Part shown: piece after piece, positions 52,988 through 64,000 of the stretch
Position numbering within the stretch: the first letter of the stretch is position 1
Layout of the letters: every line of letters starts with the position of its first letter
Source of the DNA: Syncephalis fuscata S228
Lineage: Eukaryota > Fungi > Zoopagomycota
NCBI GenBank assembly: GCA_025786725.1
Contig: JAHLTZ010000033.1
Location: 225,376-289,375 of the forward strand
Direction of reading: 5' to 3'
DNA: 64,000 nucleotides
Notes under the pieces: model-generated
Seen by the model: the letters and a program-made list of their open reading frames with translations, nothing else
Told to the model about the DNA's origin: nothing
Databases searched by the model: none
Made by a program: the position numbers and the translations under genes

Positions 52988-55900
52988 AAGTGGTGTGTAC
53001 GTGTAGATGAGTGTTTATAAAGGTAGATATGGCTAGACAGGTAAATAGATGGCTAGTTGGCTAGTTAAAGCAAATAAAAGTGACGTTTAGGTTAAAGGTG
53101 CAACTATAAGTTGAATAAAGCTTGTGCAAAGACAAAATAATATAAAATGGTTGCACAGGAAGGGACGATCACCAGTGGTGCATGCGTGGTTGCACAAAGA
53201 AAGACGAGCCAAGGTAGGAAAGGAATGGAAGTAATCGAAAAAATTGATGCAAAGCAATCAATAAAAGCGAGTAAATTTACGATTTTAACGGAATGGCAGA
53301 TGCGAAGGTGGTTAGACGAGTATTGTTAATTATATGAAGAAGAAGAAGAAGAGGAAAAGGAAGAAGAAGAAGACGAATACGGCTAATGAAGTAGGAAAGA
53401 GGTGAGGTTCGAGTATGGGAATATTGGACACGCACGGAACCGTGAAGAAGCAATATAAACTAATATTGGTAATAGTAAGAGCGGTGGTAGTACTAGATGA
53501 AGAAACACAGCTAGTAGCGAACAGACCGTTTTTAGTGCTCAATCAAGCGGGTAAAATAATTCTAAAGTGCGCGTCCACACATAGACCAACACACATACAC
53601 ACAGACACTGAAGAGTCCACAAACGCAAATGATGTGCGGATCGTGAATCTGCAGTCGGCTAAAGCAAACAAGGCAGAGAATGGGGGGATAAAATGGCAGG
53701 AAATAGATGAACGGAGAATGGAATAGTAAAAGTAGAACTAGAATAGAATAGAAGCGTGAGTGGGATTGTTGTTTTGTGGTGTGAATAGGAGTGAGCGAGC
53801 GAGTGAGTGAGAATGAGGTAGTAGTAATAATAGGAAAATAAAGATGGACAACAATAGGCGAAACGAGAGTGGCGGAGTTTTTGTATCTTTTAAAAAAGTA
53901 AATTCGTCATCGGAGAATGAAAGCAGTAAAGAGAGCGCACAAACGAAACCAGTCAGTCCAAAAGCAGGAACGGATCGGCAACAAGGCGAAGCACGCGTGG
54001 AGACTAGGGGAGAGAGGGAGAGAGAAAGACATCATGGGAAGACCACAACTCGTATTTGCATCTGGCAGATTCAATCCAAGCCCGGCTAAACGCTTAAAAA
54101 CACATTGGCAACGTGCCATAGGAGGTCATGGCTGGTACAACCTATCGACACGTGCGGCCACGCACAGACAGTAGGCATGATAGTGGTGTATTTACGCGCT
54201 AGTAAATTAACACTATTTTTTCAAGTAGACCAAACCAAACTAAAATTGCCGGTTTCAGCCGTAATCTGTCCGCGCGTGGGAGTCATTCAACTTGTATGTC
54301 GTGTTTGTGTATAAAAAAATAAAAGTATTAAACAATAGACGAAATTAGCAGTCGGGGGGCTTGGAACTTCATCCGCACCGGCCGAACAAGGCAGGGCAAG
54401 GCGTTGTGAAAAGTCATGCTCGAATTGGGTTCACTCCGCTTACCATTCGTGCCGCCCCCCCCCTCGGTCTTTGCAAGCGAAAAAGGCGAAAATCAACTAG
54501 TTTGTATAATAATAGCCGTCCTTTCACTGCCAATATGAATGATCACCAAACAAAGTAATGGCTAGGCGTACAAAGCCTTTCCTTTGCTAGGAATAACCAA
54601 AAACTGATACATAGTGTTATCGCTAAGTATAGGTGCACACTTGTACACTTAAACGTGGCTTCAACTCGTGCCATTATTATCCCAATTCAAATGGAACATG
54701 CAAAAGATCGCCGATAGCCACGTTAAACCAAAAGTTGGCTTGTAGCAAATATTAAACACGCGAACATAACTCAATAACATCTGGTCATGCAGGTGTGCGT
54801 GCGAAGAGGGGCAAGGCATACCTCAAACGACATAATGTATGTAAATATGTATGTGTGCTGTGTGTGTGTGTGTGTGTGTGTGTGATATCAAATAATAAAT
54901 TATAATAGACCCTTGGTCTCGCCCTTGATTCCAAATATTCACATGCTTATCAGGTACACTATTAATTGTTAATTAATAACATTAATCGTATGCTATTAGC
55001 TATGACGATTATTAGCCATGATAATCATCATGGCTATCCATCGTTATCAGTATCATCACAAATGCCAGCCATCGTTAATGTCAGCATTATCATTACAGCG
55101 ATGGTAGTTAGCTATAGTGGCGGGGATAAGAATGATAAAATGTACTGTATTAGAATGCACCTTGCTGGATAACCGGTGTGAATGTAAATGCACATATTCA
55201 AATGACATATTTCAAGGAAGCCAGTACTACCTAGACGGTAACACAAAATTGTATGCACCGTGCGTTCCTTTGTACAATTAATGTACTAATGCAACTAGCT
55301 TTAAAGGCTAGACCTTGCCAAATAATTACATTTAAAGCATGGCCATTATTGTATCAACATTTTAAAATAAACAGATTCAAATAAGGAATAATGATTGATA
55401 ATATCTTTGATAGCTTGCAATGATAAGCAAAAAAATAAAGCACTGTAGAAGCATGGAAAATAGATAACTATTGATGGTTTACATGCATTATGGCGTGTGC
55501 TGGCTGATCATCTAGACCAGAAGAAATGACTACATGATAGCCGATAGGCACATGTTAAATAAACATCGTGGCTGTTCCACGTGCTGTTATTGCCATTTTT
55601 ACTTAAAATCGAAAATAAATGAAATAGTCACAACAAAAGCCCAATTAAGTAGAATTGAACAGCCGCAACAGCAAAGGCTACACAGACGCCCAGAAATTAA
55701 TCCAATTAACAAAATAGGACAATGCCATTAACATGGCTTGCCATAGTAGGAATTGCAAAACGGTACACAATAGGAAGGTGTAGATGACCACATGGTAACA
55801 TCACCAATAGAAGGAGACAGACTCAAGTATCATGGATATGCGCTTAAACAAATTCAGTAGCTTACCTTAGATTGAATCAACGGTATAGTCAAGTATTGTA

Positions 55901-58900
55901 TCGGATAAGAAAGATGTCACGCGATATTGGCGTCAATGACAACACCAATATACTAAAATTTTGAATAATGAACTTGAATCTAAGTAGAGGATATGTAACA
56001 ATAAGCAGTGTAATGTCATCGTTAATAATATGAAATTCACATGTACACATGAACATGCTATTATTATCAATTGTGACTGGTAGAGTGATCGGCAGACAAA
56101 GCACATGCATGAACGTGCAAGGACAAGGAGAGGGCGGAGAAGGAAAGGAAAAGTCATACATTTACTAACAAAGACAAATTAGGCAGTCAACCAACCATAG
56201 TTGTCATGCGTGCGTGCGTGCGTGCGTGTGTGTGTGTGTGCGTGTCGTTTAGTGGGTCGGCGTGTTCGATCACAAATGCCCCATGACCATTGGAGGACAT
56301 AAAACTATACACCTCGAAAATAGTAGTAGTACAAAGAATACAAAAATCAAAGCGTTCAAGTTGTGAGTCTGTTGTGCGACCATTGTCTACGTGGACAGTA
56401 CACGCAAGTGCCAAGCAGTAGACAAGTCAAAATGACTCCTATAGTCAAAAGAGCGGGGATAGCAACAAATTTTACAAATTAAATTTGTTGTAAAACCAGG
56501 ATAGTGTAAAATGGCACATGGTGTGGATGTGTGAGAGTATGGATGAAAGGATGAATGGCAAACAACAAATAAATCAGGCCCAGCACTACACTCTGCATAC
56601 CAGGCTGACTTGTATGCGTGTGAGTGGTCAATGGCGCAGCAATGATAACAAAATAGTCCTGACTATTCCAGGGTCACAGATTATTGTACACCGAGCACAA
56701 GTCGACACTTACCAAGATACCTTGAACAGTTTCAATACAACCGATGAATATACACCTTCAAAAGTAAAAAGTATAATTGATTAAAGTATCAAAGAATAGA
56801 ATCGTAGAAGTAAACGAGGAGTCGAATAGAAAGAGTAGGAAAGGAGGGTAAAGGATACTACAAAGAAAACACCAACAAGTTTCTACAATTCAGATGTTTT
56901 AGTGCAATAGAAAAAATGGCGTTAAAGGTTATGTAGAACCACTGGAAAAAAGCTGATGTAGGATAATGGGCACAAGTGAGCAGTGTTACGCCGGTGAATG
57001 GAACCAAACTAGTACTGAGCGATGTGCAATGGTGCAATGGGGAGGGGAATACAGGGAAGATGGTGGCCAAGAGTAATAATAATGATGTTGTTGTTAATGA
57101 TGATATGGGGACGACGACGGTAATGATGTGGAGCAGCTATCGTGGGGGCGGAATAAGGAGAGATGTTTGATCGTAGAAAGAATTATCCTAGGTGGCTACG
57201 CGACTTGGTCATGCGGTGGCAAAAACAAATGTCGCGTGCCAGCAGCAAATGAAATGATATTGAGTGGGGTAATTGAGGAGTAGTGAGGGATGTGAATGGG
57301 TGGATGAGTGGGTGAGCGGGTGAGTGGGTAGATGTTTGAAGGCTTGGATGAGTGAGGATGGAATTAGCGTGATACGTCGGAAGTAAGGAAAGAAGAAAGA
57401 AAAGGTTTGTGAGCACGTGGAGGATAAGCACCACTAGTTATCGGGCGATGGATAATCTTTGAGTAACGGGAAACAGCAAAGATACTAGTGATAGCAATAT
57501 TGGTAGTACTAATAATCGTAGAAAGTAGAGCGTATAGTTTGGAGAAGTTAAAATAGCAAGAAGATATGGGCGCGTTACTGAAGCGGAGTGCTCAATATGA
57601 CCAAATCGGAGGAAGCAATGCAGTGCTAGGACGACCGGTGAACTAAAACAGTATATGACGTTTTTTGATGAACAGGATCTGACATTAACGATGAAGCGAA
57701 AGAACAAGTGGAGTGAAAACAAATCTAACAAGCCAAGCAAAGGCGGCCATTCATTATTATTATTAGCAGCAGCAGCAGCAGCAGCATCATTGCCATTACC
57801 AGCATCAACATCACTCAAATCAACAAACTACAAGAATCCAGTCGTTTTGGGATCAGCGCTGTTAAGGCGGTACTGGCGCATGCGCAAGTGTAGCAATCAG
57901 CAGTGTATAAGTTAGTCATACCAGTATTGACTAATTTGGAGCAAGCTTGAAAAGGTAGGAAGAATGAGAGCGAATGAGCATCGCTGTAGAAAGGAGGCAT
58001 TGAGCAGTCTCGTTTGCATCCATGGATAACGCGCCCTGGCATGTATTTCTCCTGTACAGAGTGCCCGTTGAAAGTGTCTGTTCGCAAATTTCTGCTCCAT
58101 CAATGTCGACTTGTGTGTAACCAAAGGAATGGCATACGTGCAGACCTTAGACGTGATGAGATGCCACGAATCCTGTATAGAAGCAGTACTTGTTCCAAAT
58201 TCTAGACCTCACAATAAAATCAATATAATTCTACGGATGTACATGTGTGTATAGTGTTTTCACGCCACGTTTATTTAAACCATCATTTTATTCATTTACA
58301 CAACGAATAAAGGACATTTGCCACTCGCGTCAATATGCAACCAGGTTTAAAGCCACGCTATATTAAATATACGCTATATAAAAAATAAACATTTGATGGC
58401 CGTATACTTCTAGTCACGACGACACATTGTTTGATGTTAGCAACCCTGTTAATTTGATAACATTGGTATCAAGCTGGTTTAATTTGCTGGCCAGTAAAGC
58501 CGGGTATAACTAGCTCCCGGGTTTATTTGACTGCTCGTATTTTTTATTCTTGTTTCTGCTGCCGCTGACTATGCCGTCTCTGCTGTTGCTGTTACTGCTG
58601 CTGCTGCTGCCGTCTTGATTCCTGCTGCCATTGCCATGTGGTTGCCATTTACGCTATCAATACAGGATACAAGGTGGTTGGCGTCGAAATCCATGTTGCG
58701 CAAACTCATTATACTGTTCATATGCAAATGCCTAGCATTTCTTATCATGATTTAAATGCATGCCATGGTCTTTGTTTACTGTTGTCGTGCAGCTTAACTG
58801 AATATCAATTAGATGGCCTCTGAAGCAAAACGATAAACCACTAGTGTCAATGTTAAATTACTAATAAATTGAGATTACGTGTTATGCTCCACTCATCAGA

Positions 58901-59775
58901 AAATGAAACGAGCAGGTTGCGCTGTTTAGCCATACCTATTTCAAGTTATTTCAAACACCAATGAACTCAAAGTAAATTGACCGTACGTTTGTCTAACACT
59001 GTCTATAATTGGTCGATATGCGCTACAGTTATCCCCTGCTTGTTGTTAGATCTGGCCTAGACACGACAGTCGCGTGTATCGGCATGCTATTATTGTCGTC
59101 ACAATGACGGTAAATAAGTAAAATTTTCTCTTGTACATTAGCCTACATGTGGGCACATGGATAACAACAACAATACCGGCATGGGTCTCGATATCACTCA
59201 CGCCATCCTTGCTGAGAGTGCGTTCACAAGTACAGTCTATTGTTCATCATCTGAGAAACTTTTATTGGTTCCGGTTTCGGCCCTTTTTGCGAGTGGTGCG
59301 AAGCAATAAGGCTGATTTCCTTATTTGTCCACACATCTTTTGAACCACATGTCACAACCATAGCACAACTATTGCAAAATCATAATTATTTGACCTATGA
59401 GCGCGAGTGTTCTACTCGTGTCCATCATACAAAGAAGCCATAAATTCTGCTTTAAATGCCAAAACATATGTAAGCTGGCAATAAACTATTGGCTGCAAAA
59501 TTTTGTGTTCCCATGAATTGGCGTGCTATGTATAAGATTCACGTGGAAGCAAATCAATTGCCTAATAGACACATAAAATTAATCAAATACCAGTGAATGA
59601 TCTGAGTTGTTTTATTTTTGTTTTTGTAATTTTACAAATTACAATTGGTAATCGATTGCTAACTGCGTTTATTAGCAGCCAAAGCAAAAAGTTTTAGCTA
59701 AATAGTTGGATTATCAGCGTCAACCAGTCATTATAATTGCTTTTGAATGAGTAGAAACCATAAAACACACACTAA

Positions 59776-59813
59776 GCATTAGTATCATTGATTCTATGAC
59801 GTATGGCGATAAC
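59776..59813 (+). repeat. Exact 38-bp direct repeat with the window end (63963-64000)
   Basis: GCATTAGTATCATTGATTCTATGACGTATGGCGATAAC is identical at both sites. Confidence 0.95.
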
Positions 59814-61689
59814 AATACTAAATGGCATGTTGGTCATTGAGTAACGTCATGATTATTTGTGCTGTCAGTGCCAATAGTTGCATTGGTATGCTTATAACTG
59901 ATAGCTACGCTGCATGATAGTGTTGTTGCACAATAGCTTGTTTTTATGATCGGCCCGAAACTTACCAACTATACTATTATTGAAAATACCGCAGCACTTA
60001 ATACTCTGGTCTCCACAGGGCACGCTAGGATGACATATTGCTGTACACACGTCATGCTAGCAAAAGCCATACTACTATGCTCCAAAATGGTCGTTTATTG
60101 TCTGCTTGCTGTTCAAATCACACATGTGCAGCAGAATGCAGCTTGATAGCATAACATGCACAAATCCATGCACAACTACTATGTGTAAGCAAGCACTAGT
60201 CAGGATCATTTGAATGACGCCAAACATAACACAAATACTTCATACTATGATACGTGCAATCGATCCTTTGTTACTTGTGCATAGTGATACCAGCTCAACA
60301 GCAAGTATCAACGATGCTTGCCTTTGAAAATACAATAATAGAAGCGCATGACTACCTATGCATAGCCGTGGGCACGCGCCACATAGCTATAGGGATGGAG
60401 ACTCAATCATGCGTAACTGCTGGATGCAGCTATGTGTGTAACGCCATGGTTGTTATTCTAGCCGCTGCTCTAGAGCAATGACAGCAGATAACATGATGTT
60501 AGTTTTTGTTTCACTGGCGCACCTGTCACCTTTAGGCGGTGATACCCAGAAATGGTTATTTATTACCTAAATTATTGCTGTCTTATAGCTCTATCATATT
60601 CTAACAGAAATAAAAATGTCTCCGCTACACACAGTATTTCTCGAATATCATTATTTTTATTGATATTTTTTAATTGTTACTTTTATTTTGTTATTATATA
60701 CAATAGTATTCTTTCATTTTTAGTATTTGATAAAAATTATAAACACACATAAACATTAGCTAAAGTAAGAAATTATTAGTTCAGCTTGTATTTTATTGCC
60801 TATCGTATTTATATTAATTTGTAGCATGTTTATATATTGTCAAATAGTGTGATACATTTTTACACGCAATTTACAGATTAAATTAATTTATCATATGCAG
60901 AGTTCCATTATTAAAACAAAATATTTAATGCTATTATAATAATTTTTAGCTGTTTAGCTTGTATTTTATATTGTTATCGAAAGCAAATGACTAACATTTA
61001 GATATATTTCAAATTAGTAGGTTTATAACAAAAGCTGCAACTGTATAACCCTGACAACAAGCTAAAGTAAACTAGAGTAAGAAGATTTAATTTTATTATG
61101 TTTGAGCAACATATCAAGTATGCATAACATTGTTAAAACTCTGGTAAGGCACATAGTATAAATGTGGGATGGAAAGAAGTTCAAGTACAATAATGCAGCA
61201 AGCTTAATTTAAAACTCCGCCTATTTATGTAATTTAATGAATTGTAAAAAACATAATCGCGCAAAAGTATAGCTGAATTGTTATTCGATTATAATATAAA
61301 ATAAACTATAAACAGCAATTAAGTTTATGGCACTTGCTGCCTTTTTAAATGTATATGACAAACTGTTAAATTAGTCAATTGTCTACTGTTGCGTATTAAT
61401 AATATCAAAAAGTATCATTGTTTAAAGTGATTAAATAATTTATTCTTATAATTAATATGCCTCTAAGTGTATTGAAAATGTGAAATGATATAGTGCGTGC
61501 ATAGTTTTTATGCAATATTCACGAGTTAAATGTGCGTAAATAAAAGCTTTGCAGCAATTTGTATGATCAAGCACTTGCAAATGCTCTGCTTGCTATAATA
61601 AAGTTTGTGTTGAATCATTTTAGCAATCATCAAAGTCAATTTATTAGACAATGCAACTATTGCCAAAAGTTGTTAAAAGTTATAAAATA

Positions 61690-62880
61690 TTAAGTATGAT
61701 ACGATATAAGTGGCTGTTTGGCTGTATTAGCGTTTGTCTCTTCATACGTTGGCAACGGTATTTGTGAAATATGAAGCATTCTCTCGGTTTTTGGGCGATT
61801 AACCTCGTTTAATACATTGCGTGTCCTACGGTAGTCTTCAATCAAAATAGTTAAACATATTGAGTTAATATAGTTTAAGTGAACATGAAGCAAAATAATA
61901 TAGCCGATTAAACCTACCAATCAATAAAACAGGAAAGTGAAAAAAACCATTTGTTACCAAGAAGACATTACAACGGTACAGATTGTATTGCAAAGCATAA
62001 CAAGGCACATAAATTGAATGCCATCGCTAGCTAAGCGCCTTCAGGTTTTAGAACCAAACTTATTATATTGTTTATAGGCAGTGTAGCTAAATACAAACGA
62101 GAGAAATAGGTTGACAGCTAGAGCTGTACAGACCCAGATCGGAATCCAATTTTTGAATAATAAAAGTAGCCATAGTTACGTAAATTATTACTAGGAGTAA
62201 TAACGTCTAATATCATAAAGGTGACTGTCATTTGTAGAGTAATTAACATTACGCCTATTACAAGTACCCAGCGACTCTTATTGGACATTGCGTATGCTTT
62301 TTGTAGCAAAATGGTATTGTAGCACATAATGGAGATGGGAATGGCAAATTCAGAATAAATTGCTAATATAATTAAATGAAAGGCAAAGTTATAGAAAAGC
62401 TTTGGAAAAAATTGTAGGTATTGAAATGCCAATATATAAAACTGAAGACATCAGACAGCGCCATTTTGCGAGTGCTAACGACTGTTCCATAACTAATCGA
62501 ATAGCAATATTGGCATTGCGCGCTTGAACATAGCTCATAATAACATGAACTTTGAGTTCGGTCCGTCCGTGTGTTAATTCTCCTCGTTTCTCTTTCAGAC
62601 CAAAGAATTCTTTTGCATAAACTTATAAGTACCAATCGGGTATAAATCAGTAGTGTTATTATAATGCAACATGCTTGCTTTAAGGCAACAGTGCTGCCAA
62701 ATATGCTGCCAATTAATGTAGTGTAGATATTTAAATATGCTGTACTAAACGAAGCATCATTGTAAAAGATGCGAAAGAAGTTGACATCTTGCACGTCACA
62801 AGCCAGATGCACATTGAGGATTCAAAACTGATATTTATTTATAGAAACCAGAACCAGATAGCACTTCCGTTTAGACATTA
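61690..62880 (-). pseudogene. Decayed multi-pass membrane (GPCR-like) protein gene
   Basis: Overlapping hydrophobic ORF fragments (62372-62812, 62118-62432, 61690-61920) in shifting frames with stops. Motif CYNTILLQKAY..RWVLVIG. Confidence 0.6.
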
Positions 62881-63962
62881 GCTCATTACACAAGGCCAAA
62901 TAGCAAAATATCTATTAGGCTGATATTGTGCTTATGCCGTTAACAATTATATTATTGCAGTTCAAAAATAGATTCATAATCTTCATGTTTTTAAAAATTA
63001 CTTAGCATATATATTCAGATATTTATGTATCATGCGCTAAATACAAATATACATACAATTTGTTTAAAGTATTGATCTTCGCTTTATTAGTATATTATCC
63101 TTCAGTTAGTTGTTTTATTCACAACAATATATTGCAAACGGTTTACACAATAAGTATTTAAAGCATTACTAAAAATATGGCAATAATTAATGAAAGTGTA
63201 TATAATACGATATTTAGTTATCAGATTTGTACTAAAATACTACAGAAAGAAATCAAGATGCTTCATTAGTATTAAAATAGTATAATTACACTTGATATAA
63301 CCACAATTATCATATTTATTTAGCAATAATAGCAATAATAGCAATAATCCAGTTAGTTATCCTAGTTGTACTATTTTACACTACTATTAAGCAAATTATT
63401 AATTCATTGGTGTAATTTAATAATCAAATAATACACTTGATAACATTTTATAGTTTTTTATAATTTAGTGGCTCACACTGTTAATAAGGATAATTATAAA
63501 TTCTAGCTTACTGTTAACAAAGAAAAAAGCGTTTTATTTACTAATTTTACTAAACACAACAAATCATATTGTTGTAATGTGGTAATTGAAAGGACGTAAA
63601 AGTATATAACCTTTGTAGCAATCTATTGCCTAGCTGTACGTTCATGTTTACTATTTGTGATGGTATTGTTGAGCAATATCAAAATATAAATTACTGCATG
63701 GCCGTAAATGAAATATAATTGGTTTAATAAAATAACTGTCTATTCTCGTGAAATTAATAGAAATATTACTATCTAATATTAAAAATGATTTATCACTAAG
63801 TAACATTATTGTTATAATAATTTATCGCCTTCTGCCATTGCTGAAATACTGTATTATGTAGAGCATTGTATAATATTATAGTTACAGCTAATGCCCTATG
63901 TATTTTAAAAAACATAGCATTAAGATTACTGATAAGCGGGTAATAGTTATGACGAAAATTAT

Positions 63963-64000
63963 GCATTAGTATCATTGATTCTATGACGTATGGCGATAAC
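63963..64000 (+). repeat. Second copy of the 59776 repeat, truncated by the window end
   Basis: Identical 38 bp. Confidence 0.95.

Noticed and set aside
55013-55038. 9-bp perfect hairpin TAGCCATGA/TCATGGCTA (and AT-rich stems near 56463-56490)
   Set aside because: Short isolated palindromes expected by chance; no supporting context.
52788-60752. Numerous 60-126 aa ORFs
   Set aside because: Low-complexity or compositionally biased, no recognisable motifs or consistent exon chain; treated as non-coding (some may be uORFs).

Overview
This is AT-rich eukaryotic (fungal) genomic DNA with many short (~50-65 nt) spliceosomal introns. The intron style, the intronless divergent F-box-like families, the M36/S8 proteases and an 'ILLQKAY' multi-TM family suggest an early-diverging fungus such as Syncephalis (Zoopagomycota); this is an inference. 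Contents in order: a cluster of divergent F-box/beta-propeller-like genes of two subfamilies, partly decayed (0-6.7 kb, plus a third family-A copy at 33.6-35.1 kb); a lysophospholipid acyltransferase; HIBCH/EHD3; ETP1/BRAP2 E3 ligase; an atypical FHA-like Ser/Thr kinase; a beta-flanking-type protein with an internal tandem repeat; MET17; a multi-TM/RGS fusion; carboxypeptidase Y; TUL1/Dsc1 E3 ligase; an S8 subtilase; an M36 fungalysin; a DUF4140/DUF4139 protein with FG/GLFG repeats; a four-finger C2H2 transcription factor in a ~14 kb gene-poor region; and a decayed multi-TM gene between direct repeats. Several genes have single-base deletions at doubled bases, most likely assembly errors, which affects pseudogene calls. 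No rRNA, tRNA, CRISPR or autonomous transposon was recognised. No single clearly new system stands out. The best leads are the F-box repertoire with a shared TGA[CG]TCA promoter motif, a candidate 1-nt exon, the GLFG-repeat DUF4139 protein, the degenerate kinase with an 8-nt exon, and a structured GC-rich island at 21.4-21.6 kb.
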